Shown here in pieces: positions 20,471-29,375 of a stretch of 64,000 nt of DNA. The stretch lies in assembly GCA_963750165.1 (NCBI GenBank), contig CAVVPN010000003.1:928001-992000 (forward strand), read 5' to 3'. Within the stretch, counting starts at the first letter, position 1. Each line of letters begins with the position of its first letter. The notes below the pieces were generated by a model. It made no database searches. It saw only the letters and a program-made list of their open reading frames with translations, and was not told where the DNA came from. The translations under genes and the position numbers were made by a program. Source of the stretch: an uncultured Gemmataceae bacterium. GTDB taxonomy: Bacteria; Planctomycetota; Planctomycetia; Gemmatales; Gemmataceae.

Positions 20471-23125
20471 ATGACCTCGGTCAACCTCAATTCCCTGGTC
20501 GGCAAGCTGAACGACACCTGCCGCAAGGCGCTGGAAGGTGCGGTCGCCCTGTGCCTGACCCAGACCCACTACAACGTCGAAATCGAGCACTGGTTCCTCA
20601 AACTCCTCGAGGCGTCGGACGGCGACCTGCCCCGAATCCTGCGACAGTACAACATCGATGCGGCCCGCCTTGCCCGCGACCTGACCGCAAGCACCGAGCG
20701 GTTCAAGACCGGCAACTCCCGTACCCCGGCCATCTCCCTGCACGTCGTTGACCTGGCCCGCGAGGGTTGGCTCGCGGCCTCCGTGCAGTTCAACGAACAG
20801 CGTGTCCGTTCCGGACATTTGCTGTACGCCCTCGTGGCCAACGAATCCCTCGCCCCCATGAGCCGCGAGGCGTCGCGCGAGTTCGCCCGGCTGGAGCCGG
20901 AGGCGCTGCGCCGCGACCTGCCCGCTCTCGTGGCCGGCTCGGCCGAGACGAAGGAGCAGCCGTCCGCCACCCCCGCCGCGGGCGGCGCGGCGGGGCCGGT
21001 CTCGACCCCGGGCAAGACCACCGCCCTGGACCAGTACACCATCGACCTGACGCAGAAGGCGTGCGCCGGCCAGATCGACCCGGTCCTGGGCCGCGACCGT
21101 GAGATCGAGCAGGTGATGGACATCCTGACGCGGCGGCGGCAGAACAACCCGATCCTGACCGGCGAGGCCGGCGTCGGCAAGACGGCGGTGGTTGAGGGCT
21201 TCGCCCTGCGCATCGCCGCCGGCGACGTGCCACCCGCGCTGCAGAACGTGGCGTTGCGGCAGCTGGACCTGGGCCTGCTGCAGGCCGGCGCCGGCGTCCG
21301 CGGCGAGTTCGAGAACCGCCTCAAGAACGTCATCGCCGAGGTCAAGGCGTCGCCGCGGCCCGTCGTGCTGTTCATCGACGAGGCGCACACCATGATCGGC
21401 GCCGGCGGCCAGGAGGGGCAGGGCGACGCCGCCAACCTGCTCAAGCCGGCGCTGGCCCGCGGCGAGCTGCGCACCATCGCGGCGACCACCTGGGCCGAGT
21501 ACAAGAAGTACTTCGAGAAGGACGCCGCCCTGGCGCGGCGCTTCCAGGTCGTCAAGGTTGACGAGCCGAGCGAGCCGGTTGCCGAGGAAATGCTCCGCGG
21601 GCTGGTGCAGCTGCTGGAAGGGCACCACAAGGTCCGCATCCTGGCGGAGGCGGTCCGCGAGGCGGTGCGGCTGTCGCACCGCTTCCTGCAGGGGCGGCAG
21701 TTGCCCGACAAGGCGGTCAGCGTGCTCGACACCGCCTGCGCCCGCGTCGCCATCAGCCACACGGCGGTGCCGCCCGCGCTGCAGGACTGCCGGCGGCGCA
21801 TCGCCCGGCTGGACACGACGGCCGGCCTGCTGCGCCGCGAGGACGCCGCCGGCGCCGACCACCGGCAGCGGCTCGACGAACTGGCCCGCGAGCGCGCCGC
21901 CGCCGAGGCAGAGCAGAAGACGCTGGAGGCCCGCTGGCAGGAGGAGCTGCGGGGGGTGCGGCGCTACCAGGAAGTCCGCGGCCAGCTGGAAGCCCTGGCG
22001 GCGCCGGCGGGCGGCCAGCGCTCCGTGGCGGACACGGAGCGGCTCAGGGCCGAGCTGGCCGCGCTGGAGAGTCAGCTGCGCGGCCTGCAGGGCGAGACGC
22101 CGCTGGTGCATGTCGGCGTGGACGCGCAGACCATCGCCGGCGTGGTGTCGGCGTGGACCGGCATCCCCGTGCGGCGCATGGTCGCCGACGAGATCAACAC
22201 CCTGCTGACGCTGCGGCAGCGCCTGGAGGAGCGCATCATTGGGCAGGCGCACGCCCTTGAGGCCGTCACGCAGTGCGTGCGGACGGCGCGGGCCAACCTG
22301 ACCGACCCGCGCAAGCCGATCGGCGTGTTCCTGCTGGTCGGGCCGAGCGGCGTGGGCAAGACCGAGACGGCGCTGGCGCTGGCCGATCTGCTGTACGGCG
22401 GCGACCAGAACATGACGGTCATCAACATGTCGGAGTTCAAGGAGGAGCACAAGGTTTCGCTGTTGATGGGCTCGCCCCCGGGCTACGTGGGCTACGGCGA
22501 GGGCGGCGTGCTGACCGAGGCGGTGCGGCGGCGGCCCTACGGCGTGGTGCTGCTCGACGAGATGGAGAAGGCGCACCCCGGGGTGCAGCACGTCTTCTAC
22601 CAGGTGTTCGACAAGGGCACGCTGCGCGACGGCGAGGGCCGCGACATCGACTTCAAGAACACCCTCATCCTCATGACCTCCAACGCCGCGAGCGACACGG
22701 TGCTGAAGCTCTGTGCCGACCCGGAGACGCGGCCGGACCCGGAGCGGCTGGCCGAACTGATGCGCGGCGAACTGCTGAAGGTGTTCCAGGCGCCGTTCCT
22801 GGGGCGGGTCCAGGTGGTGCCGTACTTCCCGCTCACCGACGAGGCGCTGAACACCATCATTGCCCTGCACCTGGGCCGCATCGGGCGGCGGGTGGCGGAG
22901 CATTACCGCGCCCGCTTCACCTACGCCCCGGAACTGGTCGCGCACCTCAAGGCGCGCTGCCAGGAGGTGGACACCGGCGCGCGGAACATTGACCACATCC
23001 TCACCCGCGGCCTGCTGCCGGAACTGGCCACCGCGTTCCTGGCGCGGTTGGCGCACGCCCAGCCGGTGACCGCGATTCACGTGTCCATCGACGGGAACGG
23101 GGCTTTTACATACGACATCTCGTGA
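20471..23125 (+). CDS. tssH: T6SS AAA+ ATPase ClpV/TssH
   Basis: Clp N-domain (HYNVEIEHW), RRRQNNPILTGEAGVGKT, FIDEAH, GRQLPDKAVSVLDTACARV, second Walker A GPSGVGKTE, PPGYVGYGEGG. Confidence 0.97.
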   Translation: MTSVNLNSLVGKLNDTCRKALEGAVALCLTQTHYNVEIEHWFLKLLEASDGDLPRILRQYNIDAARLARDLTASTERFKTGNSRTPAISLHVVDLAREGWLAASVQFNEQRVRSGHLLYALVANESLAPMSREASREFARLEPEALRRDLPALVAGSAETKEQPSATPAAGGAAGPVSTPGKTTALDQYTIDLTQKACAGQIDPVLGRDREIEQVMDILTRRRQNNPILTGEAGVGKTAVVEGFALRIAAGDVPPALQNVALRQLDLGLLQAGAGVRGEFENRLKNVIAEVKASPRPVVLFIDEAHTMIGAGGQEGQGDAANLLKPALARGELRTIAATTWAEYKKYFEKDAALARRFQVVKVDEPSEPVAEEMLRGLVQLLEGHHKVRILAEAVREAVRLSHRFLQGRQLPDKAVSVLDTACARVAISHTAVPPALQDCRRRIARLDTTAGLLRREDAAGADHRQRLDELARERAAAEAEQKTLEARWQEELRGVRRYQEVRGQLEALAAPAGGQRSVADTERLRAELAALESQLRGLQGETPLVHVGVDAQTIAGVVSAWTGIPVRRMVADEINTLLTLRQRLEERIIGQAHALEAVTQCVRTARANLTDPRKPIGVFLLVGPSGVGKTETALALADLLYGGDQNMTVINMSEFKEEHKVSLLMGSPPGYVGYGEGGVLTEAVRRRPYGVVLLDEMEKAHPGVQHVFYQVFDKGTLRDGEGRDIDFKNTLILMTSNAASDTVLKLCADPETRPDPERLAELMRGELLKVFQAPFLGRVQVVPYFPLTDEALNTIIALHLGRIGRRVAEHYRARFTYAPELVAHLKARCQEVDTGARNIDHILTRGLLPELATAFLARLAHAQPVTAIHVSIDGNGAFTYDIS

Positions 23126-23295
23126 CCAGGGGGACGAGGCAAGAAGGGAGGTCAAGGAACCGGGAAACCGAGCAGCCCGGCATCGTTGGACCTGTCGGAA
23201 CGCCTGACGGCATCAGCACGCAGTCCCGCTCAGGCACCGCACCGTCATCGCACGAGCACGCAACGGGCAACCTTTACCTGAAGGAGCTGTGGACC

Positions 23296-23787
23296 ATGCC
23301 GATTTACATGAAATACGAGGCGATCAAGAAGGGTGAGTCGCAGGCCAAGGGCCACGAGGGCGACAAGGGCTGGATCGAAGTGCAGAGCGTGCAGTTCGGG
23401 GCCAGCCGCAACATCCAGACGCCGGTTGGGCAGAGCAGCAAGCGCGAGGCGTCGGCGCCGAGCATCAGCGAAATCACCATCACCAAGGTCCAGGACAGCA
23501 CCTCACCGTTGCTGTTCCAAGAAGCCGTGGCCGGCAAGGGCAGCAAGGTGAACATCGATTTCTGCCAAACCCAAGAGGGCAAGCTGGAGACCTACCTGGA
23601 ACTGACGCTGACGAATACGATGGTGTCCGGCTACAGCGTCAGCAGCGCCGGCGAAAACCACCGCCCCGTGGAAAGCATCTCGCTGAACTTCACCAAGATC
23701 GAGTACAAGACCACGCCCTTCGACGACAAGCACGTGGCCGGCACGCCGACCTCGACATCGTACGACCTGGCCCAGGGGGCCAAGTGA
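23296..23787 (+). CDS. hcp: T6SS tube protein Hcp (TssD)
   Basis: ATG after AAGGAG. IYMKY..I.KGES..KGH..WIEVQS..G, SEITITK..DS.SP.LF, P.ESISLNFTKIEY. Confidence 0.95.
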   Translation: MPIYMKYEAIKKGESQAKGHEGDKGWIEVQSVQFGASRNIQTPVGQSSKREASAPSISEITITKVQDSTSPLLFQEAVAGKGSKVNIDFCQTQEGKLETYLELTLTNTMVSGYSVSSAGENHRPVESISLNFTKIEYKTTPFDDKHVAGTPTSTSYDLAQGAK

Positions 23788-23900
23788 GCGGGCCGTGCTG
23801 ACCGCGTTTTCGGCTGGCGGCGCCCCGCGGCGCAGGGCGCCGCCGCTGAGGAGTTCGGCCCCGTTCCCCCAGCACGCGCCCGCAAGGGAGGGCCGCCGTC

Positions 23901-26177
23901 ATGGCCTTGACCTATTCGCAGGATAACCGGCAGCTGACCCTGTCCACGCCGCTGGGCAAGGACGTGCTGCTCCTGACCGCCTTCGCCGGGCAGGAGGAGC
24001 TGTCGCGGCTGTTCCAGTACCGCCTGGAGATGATCTCGGAGCAGGACGGCCTGGCGGCGAAGGACCTCGTCGGCAAGAGCGTGACCTGGGCGGTGCAGCG
24101 CCTGGAGACGGCGCCGCGTTACTTCAACGGGCTGGTGAGCCGCTTTTCCGCGGGGGCGCTGCGAACCGGCGGGCTGCGCCAGTACGCGGTGGAGGTCGTG
24201 CCCTGGCTGTGGTTCCTGACGCGCACCGCCGACTGCCGCATCTTCCAGCAGAAGTCGGTGCCGGAGATCATCGAGCAGATCTTCAAGGACCTCGGCTTCA
24301 CCGCGTTCGAGCTGGCCGTCAAGGGGCCGCACCCGAAGTGGGACTACTGCGTGCAGTACCGCGAGACGGACTTCAACTTCGTGTCGCGCCTGGCGGAGCA
24401 GGAGGGCATCTTTTACTACTTCCGGCACGAGAACGGTAAGCACACGCTGGTGCTGGCCGACCAGAAGGGCGCGTACCGCGACCTGCCCCAGAAGGACGTG
24501 GCGTACACGACCGGGTCGCTGACGCCCAACCACATCCACAGCTGGGAGCACAGCTACGAGTTCCGCCCCGGCAAGTGGACGCAGACCGACTACAACTTCG
24601 AGACGCCGAGCACCAGCCTGAAGACCTCGGCGCCGACGGTCGTCAAGCTGCCCGGCATCGACAAGTACGAGATCTACGACTACCCCGGCGAGTATGAGGT
24701 CAAGGGGGACGGCGAGCCGGACACCAGGGTGCGCATGGAGGAGGCGGAGGCGGGGTACGACGTGGTGCAGGGGGCGAGCACCTGCAGCCAGTTCATGCCC
24801 GGCGGCAAGTTCACGCTGAAAGAACATGATTGCGCCTCCGAACAGGGCAAGACGTTCGTGCTGACGGCGGTGCGGCACTGGGCCACGGTCGAGGAGAGTT
24901 ACTCGGGCAACGGCACGGGCGGGAACTATCGCAACAGCTTCACGTGCATCCCGGAGGCGGTAACGTTCCGGCCGCCGCGGCTGACGCCCAAGCCGATGGT
25001 GCAGGGGCCGCAGACGGCGGTGGTGGTGGGCCCGGCGGGCGAGGAGATTTACACGGACAAGTACAGCCGGGTCAAGGTACAGTTCCACTGGGACCGCGAG
25101 GGCAAGAAGAACGAGCACAGTTCGTGCTGGGTGCGGGTGAGCACCAGCTGGGCGGGCAAGGGCTGGGGCTTCATCCAGATCCCGCGCATCGGTCAGGAGG
25201 TGGTCGTCGGCTTCCTGGAGGGCGACCCGGATCGGCCGATCATCATCGGCAGCGTCTACAACGCCGAGCAGATGCCGCCGTACGCCCTGCCCGGCAACAA
25301 GACGCAGAGCGGCATCCAGAGTCGGAGCAGCCTGGGCGGCGGCGCCGCGAACTACAACGAACTGCGCTTCGAGGACAGGAAGGGCAGCGAGCTGGTCACG
25401 CTGCACGCGGAGAAGGACCAGAGCATCGGCGTGGAAAACAACGAGGCGCATTGGGTCGGCCACGACCGCACGAAGGCGATCGACCACGACGAGACGACGC
25501 ACGTCAAGCACGACCGCACCGAGACGGTGGACAACAACGAGACGATTACGGTACACGCCAACCGGACCCGGACGGTGGACCAGAACGAAGCGATCACGAT
25601 TCACCAGAACCTGACCCACACGGTGGACCAGAACGAGACGCGGACAGTCTCAGGCAATCGGACGCGGACGGTTTCGCAGAACGAGACGGTGATGGTGGCG
25701 TTGATGCGGACGCACCTGGTCGGCGTCAACGAGGCGATCACGGTGGGGGCGGCGCAGGAGGTGACGGTCGGGGCGTTCCGGGCCTTGACGGTGGGGGCGA
25801 ATCAGACGACGACCATCGGCGGCAGTCACTCGGTGTCGGTCGGGGTTGATCAGACGGTCCGGGTGGCCGGGAACCAGTCGATCAGCGTCGGGGCGGGGCT
25901 GAAGGAGCAGGTCAGCGACAACTACGAAGAGAACGTCGGCAAGTCCAAAAAGTCCGTGATAGGCGAGGATTCGGGGACCGAGGTGGGCAAACACTATTCG
26001 CTCGGGGCTGGCGAACAAATCGTGCTGAAGACCGGAGATGCCGAAATCATCATGAAGAAGGACGGCACCATCCAGATCAAGGGCAAGGACATCACCATCA
26101 ACGGCTCGGGCAACATCACCGGCAAGGCGGCGAGTGACATGGTCCTCAAGGGCGGCTCGAAGATTACGTTGAATTAA
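23901..26177 (+). CDS. vgrG: T6SS spike protein VgrG (TssI) with long gp5-like C-terminal repeats
   Basis: GQEELSRLF, YCVQYRETDFNFVSRL, GPQTAVVVGP, RVKVQFHWD, PRIGQEVVV.FLEGDPDRP, NELRFED, octapeptide V..N/D.T.T repeats. No C-terminal toxin domain. Confidence 0.97.
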   Translation: MALTYSQDNRQLTLSTPLGKDVLLLTAFAGQEELSRLFQYRLEMISEQDGLAAKDLVGKSVTWAVQRLETAPRYFNGLVSRFSAGALRTGGLRQYAVEVVPWLWFLTRTADCRIFQQKSVPEIIEQIFKDLGFTAFELAVKGPHPKWDYCVQYRETDFNFVSRLAEQEGIFYYFRHENGKHTLVLADQKGAYRDLPQKDVAYTTGSLTPNHIHSWEHSYEFRPGKWTQTDYNFETPSTSLKTSAPTVVKLPGIDKYEIYDYPGEYEVKGDGEPDTRVRMEEAEAGYDVVQGASTCSQFMPGGKFTLKEHDCASEQGKTFVLTAVRHWATVEESYSGNGTGGNYRNSFTCIPEAVTFRPPRLTPKPMVQGPQTAVVVGPAGEEIYTDKYSRVKVQFHWDREGKKNEHSSCWVRVSTSWAGKGWGFIQIPRIGQEVVVGFLEGDPDRPIIIGSVYNAEQMPPYALPGNKTQSGIQSRSSLGGGAANYNELRFEDRKGSELVTLHAEKDQSIGVENNEAHWVGHDRTKAIDHDETTHVKHDRTETVDNNETITVHANRTRTVDQNEAITIHQNLTHTVDQNETRTVSGNRTRTVSQNETVMVALMRTHLVGVNEAITVGAAQEVTVGAFRALTVGANQTTTIGGSHSVSVGVDQTVRVAGNQSISVGAGLKEQVSDNYEENVGKSKKSVIGEDSGTEVGKHYSLGAGEQIVLKTGDAEIIMKKDGTIQIKGKDITINGSGNITGKAASDMVLKGGSKITLN

Positions 26178-26213
26178 CGGCCCTGGACCCGCACGGGTTA
26201 GAAGGGATGGGCG

Positions 26214-26945
26214 ATGAGAAAACTCAAGGCGGAGATGCTGCCGCGGCTGCTCTCCCAGTCGCAGCCCAGCGGCGTTCGGCTGGGGCGCGTCGTCGCGGTC
26301 GAGGCGGACGGGCGGGTGCTGGTGGACTACGCAGGCAATCCGTTCGGGCCGGTGGCGGCGCGGCTGACGCTGTCGGTCAAACCGGCGGCGGTGCGGAGCG
26401 TGTTCGAGCGGGGTGGTGAGGTCCTGCTGGCGCTGGGTGGCCCTGGCGCGGACGGGCCGGTCCTGTTCGACGTGGTGGGCGTGCGCCCGCCGCGCCGCGC
26501 ACGGGCCGCGATGCGAACGCCCGAGCAGTCCCCGGCACCGACGGAGCCGGAAGTCGGCACCGCGCGCCTCGGTCGCATCGTCGCGGTTCAGGACGGCGCC
26601 GTCGTCGTCGATTACGACGGCAACGGGGCAGGCCCCCGGCCGGCGCAGCACGGCGCCCTGCGCAACCTGAAGGACGCCGTGCTGCTCCAGTTCCTCCCCG
26701 GCGGCGAGCCCGTCATCGTCGGCCAGCTGTTCGCCGAGGTGCCCGTCGAGGAAGCCGGCGGCGTGGACGTGGTGTTGAAGGGCCGGCGCGTTCGTATCGA
26801 GGCCGAGGCGGAGCTGGAACTGGTTGCCGGCGACTCCCGCATCCACCTGGACGCGCGCGGCAAGGCGGTGACGACGGCCGACCAGGTGGTGTCACGGGCC
26901 CGCGGGGCGAACAAGGTGCAGGGCGGCTGCGTGCAGCTGAATTGA
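26214..26945 (+). CDS. DUF6484-like protein with internally duplicated N-terminal module
   Basis: Two copies of RLGR(V/I)VAV..G.V.VDY.GN..GP..A. Tail AEAELEL.AG.SRI.L.A.GK...SRA.G.NK..GG.VQLN resembles DUF6484 proteins that follow vgrG. Confidence 0.7.
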   Translation: MRKLKAEMLPRLLSQSQPSGVRLGRVVAVEADGRVLVDYAGNPFGPVAARLTLSVKPAAVRSVFERGGEVLLALGGPGADGPVLFDVVGVRPPRRARAAMRTPEQSPAPTEPEVGTARLGRIVAVQDGAVVVDYDGNGAGPRPAQHGALRNLKDAVLLQFLPGGEPVIVGQLFAEVPVEEAGGVDVVLKGRRVRIEAEAELELVAGDSRIHLDARGKAVTTADQVVSRARGANKVQGGCVQLN

Positions 26946-26953
26946 GGTGCGGC

Positions 26954-27349
26954 ATGGGTGCAACCGTTTCGGTGAACTCGCCGAACACCATCGTCCACAA
27001 GGACAGCGGCGGCATTTCCCAGATCTTCCCCGACGTGTGCAAGACCCCCGCACCGCCTGCGCCCCCCGTGCCGATCCCTTACCCGAACATCGCCAAGTCG
27101 GCCGACGCTGCGGAAACGGCGACCACGGTCCAGGCGGACGGCCAGCCGATCATGCTCAAGTCGTCGGTGTTCAGCACGAGCACCGGCGACGAGGCCGGTT
27201 CGGTGGGCGGCGTCGTCTCGAACGTGACCAAGGGCAAGGCGCAGTTCATCCTGTACTCCTTTGACGTCAAGGCGGAGGGCCAGAACGTCCCGCGCCTGAG
27301 CGACATGATGAAGCAGAACGGCAGCAGTTCCTACAACGCGGTTGGGTAG
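26954..27349 (+). CDS. PAAR-like spike tip protein (DUF4150), stand-alone
   Basis: VHKDSGG...FPDVCKTP..P.PVPIPYPNIA, STGDEAG..GGVVS, YSFDVKAEG.NV.RL.D.M. Confidence 0.9.
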   Translation: MGATVSVNSPNTIVHKDSGGISQIFPDVCKTPAPPAPPVPIPYPNIAKSADAAETATTVQADGQPIMLKSSVFSTSTGDEAGSVGGVVSNVTKGKAQFILYSFDVKAEGQNVPRLSDMMKQNGSSSYNAVG

Positions 27350-27360
27350 GAGAGTCGGCC

Positions 27361-27909
27361 ATGGCGGCGACAGTCAAGCACAAGGTCCAGGACGTGGTGC
27401 GACGGTTGGAGGACGCGGTGCGTGCCCTTTCCGACCTCGAAGAGTACGGCTGCCCGAAATTAAAATCGCACCCGCCCGCCAGCGCGGCGGAACTCGCCAA
27501 ATACGAGGAATACCTGGAATTCAAACTGCCGCCGACCTACCGGGCCTTTCTGGAGATGCACAACGGCTACGACAACCTGGTCCACCCCGGCGACATGCTG
27601 TCCGTCCAGTCGGTCATGCCGCGCGGCAAGAAGTACAAGGCCATCCAGGAAATGAAGAAGATGTTCGCGGATTACGGCGCCGGCGAGATCCTGGACGGCG
27701 CCATCATCGCCTACCTGGACCAGCCGAACAACTGGGCCTACCTGGACCCCAACAAGCCCACCGGCAAGGGCGAGTTGACCGTGGTCCAGTGGCTGTCGGC
27801 GAGTACCATGGAGTTCCCCACCCTGGTGGAGTTCTTCGAATACCGCATCACGGTTTGCGAATACGCCAAGGCGACGGCCTCGCCGAATCCCGATCAGCCG
27901 AAGAAGTGA
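27361..27909 (+). CDS. SMI1/KNR4 (SUKH)-family immunity protein
   Basis: PPAS.AEL.KYEEYLEFKLPPTYRAFLE.HNG SUKH signature, C-terminal FPTLVEFF. Confidence 0.85.
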   Translation: MAATVKHKVQDVVRRLEDAVRALSDLEEYGCPKLKSHPPASAAELAKYEEYLEFKLPPTYRAFLEMHNGYDNLVHPGDMLSVQSVMPRGKKYKAIQEMKKMFADYGAGEILDGAIIAYLDQPNNWAYLDPNKPTGKGELTVVQWLSASTMEFPTLVEFFEYRITVCEYAKATASPNPDQPKK

Positions 27910-27922
27910 CCGCAGGTGGCGC

Positions 27923-28540
27923 GTGGCCAATGAATTTCAAGCGCGGTTCGACGGGGGCGCGGTCGTGATGGAATGCGACGACCGTTGGAGCTGTTGCCAG
28001 CGGGCCCAGGCCGCCGCCAAGGTCGATGTCATGAATCAGAAACTGAAAGCCACCCCGACGCCGCAAATCCAGCCCGACATCACCCACCTGGAAGCGGCCA
28101 AAACCAACTGCCAGAACGCCGCCAAGACAGTGTGGAACCGGTGTGAAACCAAGGCAGACAAGGAGGCCCACATGAAAAAAGTGGAGGGGGCGGATTGCGT
28201 CGCCGACGGCCGCAAACAAAACCCGGACGACCTTCAGCAAGACCACCCGCTCGACGCGAAATGGGGCGGGGAGGCGGACAGCCCCACCTTGCGGCAGAAC
28301 ATGATCCCGACCGACAAGGCCGTCAACGGCGCCTTCGGCACCATCGCCAAGAACCTCGGCAACAAGATGCTCGCCAAGGGCATCAAGCACGTCGAGAGTT
28401 TTTCGCTGATCTGCCCCCCCAGTTCCCCGGGGTGCCCGAAGGAGGACCATTCCACCGGCCGGCGGTCGAAAATGCCGGAAGACAAGACGAAAAATCAGGA
28501 GTCCACGGCCAAGGCCAACTATTCGGCCTTCCTGGATTGA
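27923..28540 (+). CDS. Putative T6SS effector, HNH/His-Me-finger-like nuclease
   Basis: QDHPLDAKWGG...NMIPTDKAVNGAFG matches the DH..GG..N.....VN pattern of HNH-type toxins. Lys- and Cys-rich, lower GC, adjacent to SUKH and PAAR genes. Confidence 0.6.
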   Translation: MANEFQARFDGGAVVMECDDRWSCCQRAQAAAKVDVMNQKLKATPTPQIQPDITHLEAAKTNCQNAAKTVWNRCETKADKEAHMKKVEGADCVADGRKQNPDDLQQDHPLDAKWGGEADSPTLRQNMIPTDKAVNGAFGTIAKNLGNKMLAKGIKHVESFSLICPPSSPGCPKEDHSTGRRSKMPEDKTKNQESTAKANYSAFLD

Positions 28541-28584
28541 CGGCCGGGCCGGGGGCGACCGGTCACGGTGGCGCGGAGGATTCG

Positions 28585-29375
28585 ATGGCCCGGCTCTTCA
28601 ATGAAACCCCTTACGCCGTTGAAGTCGTTCCCTTGATTGACCGGGACGGGCGCACCGTCGGCGTTGTCGTCGCCAAGGGGACTTATCAGATCGAGCCGTC
28701 CGGGGAGTTGAGGTTGGCGCCGGAGCAGGTGCCAGTGCAACTCGCCGACGAGTACCTGGGAGACCCGGCCCGGAGTGACCTGCGGGTGCCCACCGACCTG
28801 GTGGACTTCAAACCGGCGGCCGAGGTGATCGTCGTCGGGCCGAGCGAACCACTCGACCGGAGCTTCGTGTACGGCCGGAAAATTGCGGTGGAGGTCGGGC
28901 CGGTGGCGTTCGCCGGGACCATGGTCCGGCGTTGGGAATTCGGGCCGGTGCGCCGCGACCAGAAACCACGTAAGAGTTTTGCCGGGACCTACGATCAGGA
29001 CTGGGCGGACAATCGCATGCCCCTGGTGCCGAAAGATTTTGACCCGCGCTACCACCTGGCCGCCCCCGCCCGCCAAATCAACGCCGGGTTTTTCACCGGC
29101 GACGAGCGGCTGCGGTTGAGCGGGCTCCACGCCGAGGGCCAGCCGGTTGACACGCGACTGCCCGGCCGGGTGGTCGTCGTCGGAGGCAACGTGTTGTACC
29201 GTTATTATTCCACCCCGGCGGTCCTCGACACGGTGATTCTCTGGGCGGAGCGGCCGCTGGTCACGCTGGTGTGGCGGCTCGCCATTCCCACGCGCAAAAA
29301 TATGAGGAGGTCCGCAACGTCTACGTATACCAGGTCCGCCTCAAGACGGCGCGGGAACTGTTTGGTGCCTCGTGA
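28585..29375 (+). CDS. DUF2169 T6SS effector adaptor; frameshift at A-run near 29300
   Basis: ATG after GGAGG. VVVAKGTY, ADEY.GDP..S, D.V.FKP.AEV, FAGTYD..W..R.P..P.DFD.RY..AAP, LDTV, LVWR. Tail YEEVR..FGAS* overlaps the next GTG. Confidence 0.85.

Noticed and set aside
10443..26177. Extracellular contractile injection system or prophage tail
   Set aside because: TssL, TssM, TssA, ClpV and TssB/C-type sheath are T6SS-specific. No tape measure, fibre, capsid or lysis genes are seen.
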